A DNA stretch of 64,000 bases from assembly GCF_004010195.1 (NCBI RefSeq), contig NC_057750.1:7833946-7897945 (forward strand). The letters run 5' to 3'. The translations under genes were made by a program, and so were the position numbers. A model generated the notes under the pieces. It had not been told where the DNA came from. It ran no database searches and was given only the letters and a program-made list of their open reading frames with translations. Positions 13,506-26,010 of this stretch are shown here, one piece after another; position 1 is the first letter of the stretch, and each line of letters starts with the position of its first letter. Source of the stretch: Chiloscyllium plagiosum. Its lineage: Eukaryota.

Positions 13506-14855
13506 CTTTAAAATATAAAAGCAGATTTCAATCAGTAAAATTGTGGGAGATAGTGCTGCAATTAGACTTTTGTTGTGGAGGTAGACATATTGCAATGTTT
13601 TGAAAAATAGCAGAGAAGTTCTTGCCAATGTCCTGATTCAGGAAGCAGTGGTGCTATGATCTTCTGGCAACTTGAAAAGTTCAGGCATCAAGGATCACAA
13701 TCTTGAAATAATGCCCTTGCTGTCGTGCCAGGAAATGTTTCCTGCAATGCAACAGCAGGAATCTCACAACCAGCAGACTATGTTTTTGCAGGATGCTTAG
13801 ATAAATGTTATGTCAGAGAAAAAACTTGACACATCACAGAGCAATTCACAATCCAAATTGCCTCAGATTAAGATTTTTTGTAGCAATGTGGTAAATATGG
13901 CAGCCACTCTACATTCATAGCTTACCACAAAAAGCAAAAAGACTAACAATTAGATAACATGTACTCTTTGGTGGTATGTCTGTAAGCGATTGAACAGGCA
14001 CTAGAAGAATGCCTTGTTCTTCTACATTTGAATGATCACATAAGCAGACAGCTTACTTGAAGAATGAATCATCAAAACATGAGCACACTCTCATTACTAC
14101 AGAGATGACACTTAAGGACATAAATGTAAGGGTTCAACAACAACTAGACACAAAATGGGACACAAAATAACTACATAACTAGAAAAAATATCAACAGAAT
14201 TTTTTGTTTAAAATTATAGCTACGTAACAATCCAGCAGCAATTTGAAAGCAGTTTTTAAATAAGATGCATTACCCTCCTCATTCATCGTCAGAATTTTCT
14301 GCAATGATGTTACATTTTATTGTAATTTAAATTGCTGGCATTTCTATTGATGGATGCCTCTTGTTATTTAGACCCTCAGATAAAAAGTCTGAGCAGCTCC
14401 GCCTGTCAGTAACTGACTGCTTCTCAGTGTAGCTAAAGTTCAATTTCCAAAGCTGTCATTAGAATTTAAGTGAAATGCCAATGACAGATGCGTAAAATTA
14501 TTTCCACTCGAATGGGTGAAAAGTACTGACAATATAATTAACTATAAAGATCTTGACCTCCCAAATGTGGCTGCTATACAAGAGGCATTTTCAGTTTCAA
14601 AATGAGACTGAAGTGCTAATGTATTGCAAAGTGTAGGTTTCGACAGTGTTAATGTATATTGGCTTAAGCTTAATTCTTCCTAAAATGCATTATCAGCACG
14701 TTAAACAAATCAATGATAACATGGTGTGACAACAGTTAAAAACAAAACACTCAAATAACATATTTTGCACATATTTAAATTACAATAGGATTTGTGAAAG
14801 TGATGTGATGCGATTGGTTTGATACATATCAGCTACTTTCCTATAAACTCAAACT

Positions 14856-15074
14856 AGTCAGTTCTTCTATAACATGATGGTTGTGTTCTTGCGCAACCCT
14901 GTGATATAGAAAAATCACACTTTAGAAACAGTGCTTAAAGTGTTGGCGCTGTAATCACATTTTAGGCAATGCACGTTTTAAAAGTTTGTACTTTAGAAAC
15001 AGTGTCCCCAACTTATCAATCGTGTTATAGCAAATTTGCATTGACAAAAGCGCGTGTTATAGCAAAACACCCTG
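14856..15074. mobile_element. Short Tigger-like MITE, second copy
   Basis: agtcagttcttctataac ... gttatagcaaaacaccctg-TA. Internal similarity to 4575-4770. Confidence 0.6.
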
Positions 15075-15717
15075 TATTGTTCTATTTACAGTCATGTTTT
15101 CTCCCCACATCAACTTTCTCTCTCCTTGGCTGAAACTATCAACTCCTTCAAGAATATGTTTTAATAAACTGGCAGGTTTCTAGGACCTTGACTACAGTTC
15201 TCTTTTTTAATGTGAAAACCAGGCTTTCCTTCAATGCTTGCACTCTCACCCGTGAAAGTTTCAGGCCCAATTTAAAGATGGAAGAATCTATTTTAGGCCA
15301 GTATTCAAGGTGGCCATTATGAAAGATCCTATGGCAATGTTTTCCAAACATTTTCCCTCTTTGACAACATTTCAAGTCCTTGCAATCCCACAATGAGAAC
15401 CGAGAGAGTAGGGATCTGATCAGAGTAGAGGTACAGCTGTTACAACTATGTCAAAGTTCTAAAACAGCCATTCTACCTTACAGTGTACAAATTGGTTTCA
15501 ATTCATTGTTTGATGTGCTTTCAGACATCCTGAAGCTGAAGCTGTAAGGGACATTCGCTAAATGCAAATTCTTTACTTCTTTTAATAGTTTATGATACAG
15601 GCAATTTGACTTTCCACAACACCAAGACTAAAGTCTTATAACATGTTTGAACACTCAGACTTCCCGACAATGAGAACATCAGGACTTGTACTTGCTCTGA
15701 GCTCACATATATTAAAG

Positions 15718-15878
15718 GGAACAGGAAAATCGACGTTTTGGGCATAAGCCCTTCTTCAGGAAGGGCTTATGCCCGAAACGTCGATTCTCCTGTTCCCTGG
15801 ATGCTGCCTGACCTGCTGCGCTTTTCCAGCAACACATTTTCAGCTCTGATCTCCAGCATCTGCAGACCTCACTTTCTC
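15718..15878. mobile_element. Penelope-derived fold-back mini-element (same family as 36505 and 39893)
   Basis: 16-bp TSD ctcacatatattaaag/ctcacaaatattaaag (15702-15717, 15879-15894). Head-to-head hammerhead halves around 15755-15760. Confidence 0.85.
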
Positions 15879-18800
15879 CTCACAAATATTAAAGCCGACT
15901 GTTACAACCCATTCCAGAGTTAAAAATCAGGCGCCTCAGCACAGATCAGGAATCCAACTTGGAACTTTCTAAGCTATCTGGCTTAGCTTCATGTTGTCCT
16001 TATCAATTTAGCCAATAGGAAAGCTTCTAAAAAGGTATATTTTATACCTACTTTTGCCTTGGCACATTGCTAGCCTAAAAGCAGCACACGCAAAATTGTA
16101 CCATCACTGCAAATTCTAACTAATATAATGGTGCTGTTAACAACCATCTGTCATGTAAAACGTGTAAGATGCTAGCATATGCCAGAGCCCTTCCTATTTG
16201 CAAAATTGACCACTGGCACTCATTATACCTGGCTATAATCCACAATGTCTGAAACCATTAGCTTAAACTAATCCAGATCTTTGAACAAGAATGATAGCAA
16301 ACTGTGGGAGTCAAATGTATAAATAACCAACAAAGCTGTTTATTTCGGATTGATATTATTTTATGTGGTGTGGCTCAAGCTTTATATGCAGAGAGATTAA
16401 TAGTGCCAAAAGCTTCAGATGATGTTACATGGCTGCTCTTCCAGCCAAGGAACAAGTAGTTTTGAAGATGGAGGAAAGTATACAAAGTATTACTTCTTTT
16501 TTTAAGAAACTAAGTTCCTGGGAGCTGATTGGATAAACAAACTGCCTTGACTCCACCACTGGAATCAGCTGTAAGATGCTCCAGCCTGTTTTAGGCAACT
16601 CCTTTAGCCAAGCTGTCTCCTCAGCTGCACTCAAAACCATCCACACACCCTTCTATTCCCCCCAATTCCTACTCTAATTTTATTTCTCTCCTCCTTCTCA
16701 TCTTGCCTCCTTTGTAAATCACTGTGGTATTTTGCTTCAGGTGAGAAATCTGACAATTGTAGCAACGAAATGCAAGTTTCAATACAAAAATTAAAACAAA
16801 ATATTGTGAACTTGACAGGATTACGACAATGCTGGATTTTCCCCTTTAGATGCTGTGGCAGATTGATGGAATGAAGCAGCTATTTTAAGTTTAATGTAAA
16901 AGGAGTTTTAAATCAGCATCCTAGTGAATATCGGTCCACAAATCAAAATATCCTCTTGCGACAATATTAACAAGGACATAAGGTGGTTGTGTTGGAAATG
17001 CATGTATAACTGATCTATTTTCTAGCAAAACTTCAACATTTAACTGAACAAGCAGGTAGAGGGTTACTGAGAAGTTTCGTTAGAGTTTTTGTCTCTGTTA
17101 CAAATACCCCTGACTTGAATAAAATTTGAGCATAAAAAGTAATTTTAAAAGTCAATGATAAGCAGTTATGCATTTGCAAGAGTTTAGTTTCCTAAGCAGT
17201 ACTCTATATTTTTAAATCAGAAGTACACAAATGTTCAGCATTTGCGCCAGATACTGCTGACCATTAAGCTCACAGATTGTATTAAACAGAAAAGCAGCAA
17301 TCTACAGCACACAATTGTTTTGAGACTTCCTTACTAAAGTGAGGAACACATAGTCGAATCAGTTGTTTACATCACACACAAGTATTTTTCTCAGCAATAA
17401 AGAAAGCAAACAAAGGAAGAAATATTTCATTTAGGCACTTTACAGCACATTGTACTGAACAGAGGTGAACATAGTCAGACCATGAACTTTGACCTCCATG
17501 AATTGTCTGGTTCTTTTTGTATTTGCTTCCAGCAGAGCTGATCTATATTCTGCAACTAACAGCTATCCTCAATCTATGCTGCTTCTCTGCAATCATTTTG
17601 TTTTATGACATTGTCATCTTCTATACTCCCCCACCCTCCAGTATTCATGTGACTATCCCTTCTCTTCACTTGCACTTTCCTTGTCTTTTTCTACACAGTA
17701 GAAAAGCCACCACTTTTCCACCTCATTTGTCAGTTTCGAGAAAGTGTCATATTGCACTCAAAACTTTAAAACTTTGTTTCTCTCTTCATAGCTGCTACTA
17801 GACCTACTGAGCTCCTCCAGAACTTTCAATTTTTATGACAGATCTCCACTATTCGCAGTACTTTGCTTTTCTATGACTACTTGATTGCAGGGTTGGCTTT
17901 GTTCAATCACTGGATAAGCCATGTGCCTGTATACAGTGATGGCACTAAGCACAAAACACACTGATCTGAACTGGATGAGACAGTCAGGCATATGCTACAA
18001 CAAGTTGCACTTTCAGCAACATCAGGGAGGTGAAGTGATCCAGAGATTCCATTGCTAATCCATATCCATTGCTTTCTAGTGCATTTTGAGCACAGACACA
18101 ACTGGGCCCAAAATTTCTATGGGCAATGTGGATAGCCACTATAAGTTAACAGTACGTTTAAATCCACTGACTCTTGGGGAACCCTTTAGGTGAAAAGATA
18201 AGGATTATAGTGGGAAGATTTGAGAAGAAAAACAGAGCTCGTGTATGGGATTACATTTCATTAACACATTTAAGCCATAAGGAAAAAGGGAAAATTAATA
18301 ATCAAATATGGATACAGGCACAATATCAATTTTATTTTCCTATTCTGTCTTTCCCACCAATCCTCCTCTCCTTTTTAAAGATCTTGCCACACATCTATCA
18401 TTCTTCATATACAAGCCTAGACAGGATGCTGGCATGGTATGCAAAGTTGGGGTGGTCTATATTTGTGCCAAAACATGCTTCATTAATCATACGCAGACAC
18501 ATACTAGGAGGGGATGGGAGAGTAATAAGGAATAGGAAATCTCACCAACATTCTCCTGTGACCTAAAAGTTTTGAACATAATCATAGCTTCATTAGCTGT
18601 GGCCAGGCAACTGTGTAGGCCAAGGCCTCAGCCTGGCAGCTTTCTGATTTGCCTGCCTGAACACTAAAGGGAACTCACTCATCCTTTTTCAGCAAGTACA
18701 AATTAAGTATTCTCTATAAGTCAATGAAAACCTCTCCATAGCAGAAAATTCACTACTTAAATCCTATTTCTGTGCCTCATTGACTGTGTTTCAGCCTGTT

Positions 18801-19579
18801 TAGTTTACTTCTTTGTTTTACCAAGGGCATAATTAATTAAAATTGAAATCTTTGCTTACTTATTTTATTAACTCAATAAATTAGCAGATGATCCCGCTAA
18901 GCTAAAGTTAATTAATAACGTGAGACTGAGGGAACATTTGACAAAGGAAGATGTTGCCATTCAGTAGCTTTCTCCTGTCCAAGTCAGTTATCCACCAGCT
19001 TGTAAAGACTAGGCACCTGCACAGACCATTTTGAACCTATCTTTCTCACTTCCACTCTATTTAAAAATTGAGCCACATTGACCATTATGTGGCTAGATTC
19101 AAATCATGTTTGTGACACGTTAGACACCACTGACTTTAACATAAAAGTGACACTGCTAGCTTGCCACCCTCATCTGCCCCTCTGACATTTCTTTAAAAAT
19201 AAACCCAAAACTGCGTTGATGATTTCGTTGACTGCTGTAGAATTTAACTGAGCAACACAAATGAGAAGATCCCCGATTTGTGCCCAAATTAACAACCACA
19301 GAGAAGATGTGAAAAAATCATGACTGCACATTCACAATCCCAGAATCTGAACTGCTGAGCTCTTAACTGGAAGCCAAGTTGTCAGATACTCAAACTACTG
19401 TGTTAAGCTCTCTTTAGAGTCAAATTTGTGGCTTTTCCACCTGTTTTACATTAATGAAGTGATGTAATATATTGCTGAAATATCAAAGGCATTACTGTCA
19501 CCAGGTTGCTCTATTATTGATATTCCAAGGGCCACCTTGATATTCCAGGAACAACGTCAGATATGTAGCTATTTCAACA

Positions 19580-20160
19580 ATAGAGAGGCCAGGTATTTAA
19601 ATGGCTGGAAGAAGAAACATGATGCAATTGTTTAAATTGAGGGAGATTATAGGACTCAGAGGTACAGAGGGATTTGGGTGTCCTGGTGCATGACTCAATG
19701 TCAGCACGCAAGTATAGTGGCTGACTGGAAAGGTAAATGAGATGCTGCTGTTTATCATAAGGGGAATGGATTAAAAAAGAGGGACTTTTGCTACAGTTGT
19801 ACAGGGCATTGGTAAGATGACATCAGAATATTGCGTACAGTGTTGGTCTCCTTAATTAAGGAAAGCATTAGAAGCAGTTTACTAAATGTTCATTCAACTA
19901 ATTCACAAGAACAGGGTGTTATAAGGAAAGGTTAGGCCTGTATCCACTGGAGTTCAGAACACTGAGAGGAGATCTCATTAAAATGCATAAGATCGTGAGG
20001 GATTTGACAGAATGGATGCTGAAAGGACATTTCCCTTCTCGGAAAGCTTAGAACAAAGGGTCACTTTAACAATAACGGGTCTCCCAATTAAGAAAGAGAA
20101 GAGGAGACTGTTTTTTTTTCTCTCATAGGATTTTACATCCTACAGAATTCTCTTTCCCGG
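19580..20160 (+). mobile_element. CR1 LINE 3' fragment
   Basis: Degenerate QRDLGVLVH, LYRALVR...CVQCWSP and LRGDLIKMHKI motifs. Confidence 0.7.
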
Positions 20161-21080
20161 AGGGCTCAGCACTTACTTGATCAGCACCTCATCACTCTTA
20201 AATACCCAAAACACCAAAAGGGAGAAAGCAATGTCTACTTTCTACAGGATCTATTGCAGCAGTTATCCAAAGATTTTCCAGCAGCAACTCCCAAACTTCC
20301 ACTGGAGACTCCCACTCACAAGGACAAGGGTGGCTGACAGATGAAATGTCATTATGTTCAAGTTCCCCTCCAAATTACACACCAATAATAATCAACCCTG
20401 CATTATCACTGGATCAAAATACAGAAATTCCCTACCTAACAGTACTGAAAGAACATATTTACTGCAGGAATGCTACAATTCAAAAATCATTATGAAAGAA
20501 ACTAGGGATAGGCAATAAATGCAGGTCTTGACACCGTGTCAATCTGTCAATAACAAAAAATGCTGGTATATAGCTACATATCTGACGTTGTTCCTGGAAT
20601 ATCAAGGTGGCCCTTGGAATATCAATAATAGAGCAACCTGGTGACAATAGGCAATAAATGCAGGTCTTGACACCGTGTCAATCTGTCAATAACAAAAAAA
20701 AACGTTAGGGAAATGCTGGTCCTTTGCCTGAAGGTTTAAAAAACAGGCATCTTTTTCCATTGATTCTCTTTCAAGAGAACTTGGATCTTTATTTGAAGCT
20801 GATTGTAAAGTTTGGACAGCCATATACAATGGTATTCACATGTGGCATATTGGAAACCTTAATATGGAGATAAATGAGGGGAGACCAAACAGGGGAAAGA
20901 ATCATAGTCAAGCTATCCTGCAATAATATCATATACTTTCAACTCAATAGCTACACTGCAATGTGGATAAAGATCAGAGTCACACTTTCAATTCTATCAT
21001 TCCCTTCTCCCTCTTTCAATATTTTGTGAAAAACAGATCAAGTAGCACAGATAATCCAAACACCTAATCAGTTCTTATTT

Positions 21081-21461
21081 ATAGAGTCATAGAGATGTAC
21101 AGCATGGAAACAGACCCTGAGGGGTGACCTTATAGAGGTTTACAAAATTATGAGGGGCATGGATAGAATAAATAGACAAAGTCTTTTCCTTGGGGTGGAG
21201 GAGTCCAGAACTAGAGGACATAGCTTTAGGGTGAGAGGGGAAAGATATAAAAGAGACCTAAGGGGAAACATTTTCACGCAGAGGGTAGTACGTGTATGGA
21301 ATGAGCTGCCAGAGGATGTGGTGGAGGCTGGTATAATTGCAACATTTAAGAGGCATTTGGATGGGTATATGAATAGGAAGGGTTTGGAGGGATATGGGGC
21401 GGGTGCTGGCAGGTGGGACTAGATTGGGTTGGGATATCTGGTCGGCATGGATGAGTTGGAC
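21081..21461. mobile_element. Young CR1 3' fragment with internal inversion
   Basis: 21118-21461 is the sense 3' region (MRGMDRINRQSLF...VWNELPEDVVEAG). 21081-21117 is the missing extreme tail in reverse complement. Confidence 0.8.
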
Positions 21462-22639
21462 AACACTTATAGCCATTTAGTAAGTAAAACCTTACTTTAT
21501 GCTTGCCTTTCAGAGAAATTCACTCACATATGTGTATTGTTGCATCAGGTGGACTAATGTTTCCAAATTGATCCCAATTTTAGCTTCCATTCTATAGTGT
21601 CATAAATATTTTTTAAGCTGTTAATTGAACTGGTCTAAATATATTTATAGCGAATGGTAAGAATTTGATTTATAACAAAGGTAAGTCTAAACATTAAAAA
21701 AATTTGTGATTCATTGCTCCAAATTTAGGATTCTGTGTCCTAGTTTAGAAATGGCTCTGGGTTTATATGAACAGCTATCAGTGGAGAGTAGAAAATGATT
21801 AAAGAAAGACTGCAGATCATATTTCAACAGCTACAATGCAGCAAGGAACAGACAAAGGAAAACATTAAATACATATACAAAGTCAGATTCATGAAAGAAA
21901 TCCATAAAGAGAAGTCATAACTGAACTCAGATGAACACTAACCTTTTATTTGGTTACATTCTGGTCTGACCATTTATTTCTATGTTTAAGACCACATTAT
22001 TGTTCTCAAACCAGGTGACAATAAATTATAAGGTGCATTACCCTTGGAGAAATAAATAAACTAAATTAGCTTGAAGCTGAAATAATTTAGAAATTCAAAA
22101 TGCAAAGTCAGCTGTAAAAAGAACATCAATTTCCTCTGTGTTGTACAATGAAAGCATTGGAATTCGATCCACTTTTCCCATTTAGTGAGTTCAGTGAAAT
22201 TTAGTTTCAGGGATTCTGGCAGGTCTCCAATCCATACAGATCAATGCAAAAATCAAGTTCTCATAACAGTACTACAACTCAAAATCACCCACTTTGCTGA
22301 TTCTAAAGCAGACTAGACATCTACGAGGTGTGACAGTTACAAGTGCTGTACTGAACAAGTCTTCAATTATTGAACGTCCTAATAAACAGGACGAAAGAAA
22401 GACAAATTCTTAGGAGACAGCATTTGTAAGAGGAATCTTTGACATTTGGAGAGGAAACTCCACTTAGCCCTCAGATACACTATCTTTGCCTATCAAACGT
22501 TTAAAACAATGTCAGGCTTGTTGCAGGTACAATGTATGAATAGCACACATTGCAAAGGGTTATAAAAAGCATAAATAATTGCAATTTCGAGAGTAGGATT
22601 TTTTTGAGCTCATGACATAACCACAATCCGCCATCTTTA

Positions 22640-22684
22640 AATCCAAGATGGCTGCGCACCACCGACCCTCCGCAACAATAGAAG
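22640..22684 (+). other. FKRP: Candidate non-coding first exon of FKRP inside STRN4 intron 1
   Basis: TCCAAGATGGCTGCG (YY1/initiator-type motif) followed by plus-strand donor GAAG|GTAATT at 22685. The 5' start is approximate. Confidence 0.6.
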
Positions 22685-22867
22685 GTAATTTTTTCTGAGA
22701 AAAACCTCTTTTTCTCCCACGAAGCACGTTTTCGCACTCGCGTTTCCTCAGATATCGATAGCGTTCAACGTAAAGAACCGACTGGAACAATGAAAACGGA
22801 ATTTGGGATTTCGGTTTTTTTTTCCGACACCGTCTGCCCCCTTTTTTTTTCCGGCTGCTTCACTTAC

Positions 22868-23080
22868 TTGCAGTTCGGCTTTTTCCGCTTCCCATCGCGC
22901 CTTTTCCATCTCAAACCGCGTCCATTCGTGCTGGATGAAGTGTAAAATCCCCGGCACCGTGTAGGAATCCGGCTCCGGGGAGTTTTCTGAGGTGATTTTC
23001 TCCAGGGTTGGTGGGGTCGCCGGGCTCGGACAGCCCGCGCCGCCGAGCGCCGAAGCCATAGCGGCTGGCTGCCCTTCCAT
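22868..23080 (-). CDS. STRN4: Striatin-4 coding exon 1 (71 aa; caveolin-binding motif and start of coiled coil)
   Basis: ATG at 23080-23078 encodes MEGQ...YTVPGILHFIQHEWTRFEMEKARWEAEKAELQ, a striatin N-terminus. It ends at donor CAA|GTAAGT (phase 0). EKARWEAE and adjacency to FKRP favour STRN4 over STRN/STRN3. Confidence 0.93.
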
Positions 23081-24015
23081 CTCTTGGCCGCCTCGTCCTT
23101 GTCCCCTTGCCAGATAGTGAGGTCCCCGTCGGCCTGAACGGGCGGCGCATGCGCCCTAGCCACGGACGCGGGCTGACTTCCTGCCAAATAATGTGCACCA
23201 CAACATCCTACACTCCAGTCAAGAGTCATTCATTGAGAAGAAAGGATGTCGGTGTGTGTCTGTCTGAGGGAAGCACAGGGCACCATCTGTGGCACATGAT
23301 GCTATAATCTTGTTAATTAACTACTTTCTATTTTTAAAAAAACTGCAAATGTCAGCTGTGGCTCAGTGCGTAGCACTCTGACTCACAAGTTGTGTGGGTT
23401 GGAGGTCTGTAGAGAGAGAGAAAGAAAGACTTGCATTTACATAACACTTTTCACAACCACCAGACATCTCAAACCACTGCAGGACATTTTGGAGTGCAGT
23501 CATTGCTGCAATATAGGAAGTGCAGTAGCTAATTTTCACTCAGCAAAGCAAACATCAGAGTGATTTTTAAAATTCATAATGCTAACTCATGAAGCATTGA
23601 TAGTTCATTGTTGAACATATCATTCCAAATGCCTGTGGCTGATGCAGTGTGTATGGTTATGATGTTTCCAGGAATTTATCCGGCAGTACATAGTTGATGG
23701 TTCAACTTGCATGCCACAATTTGAACTTGTGCACCTTTGGAGCATATGGCCAACATTTTCCATGGCTTGTCCTCAAGTAGTTGAAGCTTCTCCAGATTTT
23801 CAGTGGAAGGGTGTAATCTGAACTTCATTGCTTGGGTCAGATAGCAGGTCATGTTCGGTGATGTTTGCAGTCAACAGTGGGGCTGTCGTCAATTGGTAGG
23901 GTGTGGATAAAGTATGGATAAGATTGAACAGATGTTCTATATATGTGTATTTCATTGTAATGGGGTTAAGAAAAAAAGCCATTTTTTCATTATGATGAGT
24001 TTTTTTAAGGCGAGG

Positions 24016-24756
24016 TGTTATGAAGTTGAAGGTGTGTATTATTCCTTTAAGAGAGAGTGAAGGCTGTTTTGGCAGTGAGAGTTTGCAAGTAACTGTCATG
24101 TGACTAGCAAACTCACAGTGTACTGGAAAATTGAAAATACGTAAAATTTGACCATAAACTAGATACCTCAGTTGTTTTGACCACCATTTAATTTAACCAA
24201 TCAGTTTAAATTATGCCCCAGGATACTAAAATCTGAATTTTACTGTTTTAACAACATCAAACCAAAGAGTCAATCCAATGTTTAGGGTATAAAGTAACTG
24301 GCATTTTGAGAGTTAGCCAGTGAGAGAGAGACTGCTATTCAAAACACCCTCAATCAAAGGTACCTTTTCCATATGAAACATCTTTGCAGCAAAAGACCAA
24401 AGACAACCAGGGAGATCTACGTCCAGAAGAAGACAGATGCCGACGATGACAGCCACATGTCTGGTTTTGAAAATTAAGTTGACCTGTAATTTTAATAGGG
24501 GCTTTTATTGGATCAATATATTGTTATAGAGTTGGAGATAGATAACCGACCTTTAAGAGAAAGGAGGCTTAGAGTTGTAAATAGTTGTTGTTTGATGTTC
24601 ACATTTAGAGTTAAAGAATAAAATTGATATTTTTTCTTTAAATAGTGGAATTTGGGGAGCTCTCTGTCACTCATACTTAACCAGACTATGAGGTGAGGTG
24701 AGCTTTTCTGGGTGTTTGGTTTAATTAGCAGAAAGGCTCACCACCGTGTCGTAACA
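24016..24756 (+). mobile_element. Probable solo LTR
   Basis: Termini TGTTATGA...TCGTAACA, CCAAT boxes, TATAAA 24288-24293, AATAAA 24617-24622. No clean TSD. Confidence 0.6.
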
Positions 24757-25275
24757 TCAGGGAATTTATTTTATTCGTGGGATGAAAGCATTGCTGGCTA
24801 GGCCAGCATTTATTTCCCATTCCTAACTGCCCAGGGGGCAGTTAAGAGTCAACCACTTTGCTGTGGTCTGGAGTCACATCTAGACCATTGCCAGATAAAA
24901 TCACAGTTTCCTTCCTGAAGGATATTAGTGAACCAGATGGGATGAAGTGAAGAATGTGGCTTTTTTTTCCGAAGGTCTCGTGTTAAAGGAATTCTGACTG
25001 CTCTTAGTCAATGGTGTTCTTTAAAGAGGATTATTCTATATGGAGGTTCAATATTTGTTAGCACAGGAATTCAGTCACCCTAAACTATATTGGTCCCAAT
25101 GTTCACGTCTTTCTGGAGATGTTTGTGTGGTCGTTGTTGAGCAGCAAGAATCTGCTTTTGATAGATTAGGGCAAGAAAAGCAGTGCATAGTGTGTTGGTT
25201 CTGTTACGCCAGGTGGTACTTGCCAGTTTCTTTATGAGATTCACTCTTGTCTTGACCTAGGTTCCAGAGTTTTGG

Positions 25276-25493
25276 AAACAAAACCCGAAATTGCTGGAAA
25301 ATCTCAGCGGTCTGGCAGCTTCTGTGGACAGAAATCAGTTAATCTTTCAGGTCCAGTGACCCTTTTTCAGGATGTCAGACTGAAATGTTAACTCTGATTT
25401 TTTTCCGCAAATCCTGCCAGACTTGCTGAGATTTTCCAACAATTTCTGTTTTTGTTTCTGATTTCCAGCATCCACAGTTCTTTTGGGTATTTT
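25276..25493. mobile_element. Penelope-derived fold-back mini-element, second family (GGGTC-ACTG-GACCY helix II)
   Basis: 14-bp TSD ttccagagttttgg (25262-25275, 25494-25507). Imperfect inverted arms. Minus-strand CTGAAAA-A-GGGTC(ACTG)GACCT-GAAA. Confidence 0.78.
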
Positions 25494-25739
25494 TTCCAGA
25501 GTTTTGGTGATGTTATCAGTCAATCAAGGTACAGTCAAGAGTAATATCAAGGTATTTTGGCATTGACTCTTTATGGTGGTCAGCCACAGTACTGGTCTTA
25601 ATGTTCTTCCTTGGCCTTTGAGTTAGTGTTTGAAGTGGAAGGCTGAAACAGCAGACTTGGCAATATTTGGTTGTTTGTTTTAAATACGTTGAAATTATTT
25701 AATCTGGTAAATCTGGACAGTACAGAAAGAACCACACAT

Positions 25740-26010
25740 TCTATATTTTTGTGATGTTGATTGATGAATAAATTTTAGCCAGGACACCAGGGAAAACACC
25801 CCTGTCCTCCTTTAAAGTAATGGCTTGAGATCTTGTACATACACCTGCGTGGCCAGACAGTGCTTTGGTTTAACATCTCATCTGAAATACGACACCTCTG
25901 ACAGAAAGCTTTCACTACTATATTGGAGTGTCAATCTTGATTTCTATTCTTAAATCCTGGAGTGGAGTCTTGTGGCTCAGAGGCAAGCATGTTCCTAACT
26001 GAGTCGCAGC
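25740..26010 (-). mobile_element. Old SINE, possibly Deu-domain type (related pieces near 27500-27730, 46810-46995, 62810-63020)
   Basis: Recurrent ggtttaacatctcatctgaa...cacctctgaca and gactcagaggcaagagtgct motifs. The family name is recalled and unverified. Confidence 0.4.

Larger units (their letters stand above)
22600..23250. promoter_or_regulatory. CpG-rich bidirectional promoter region shared by STRN4 and FKRP
   Basis: Most CpG-dense stretch of the window. NRF1-like palindrome GGCGCATGCGCC 23144-23155, ETS-like ACTTCCTG 23176-23183, YY1-like CCGCCATCTT 22628-22637 and CAAGATGGC 22644-22652. Confidence 0.8.
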
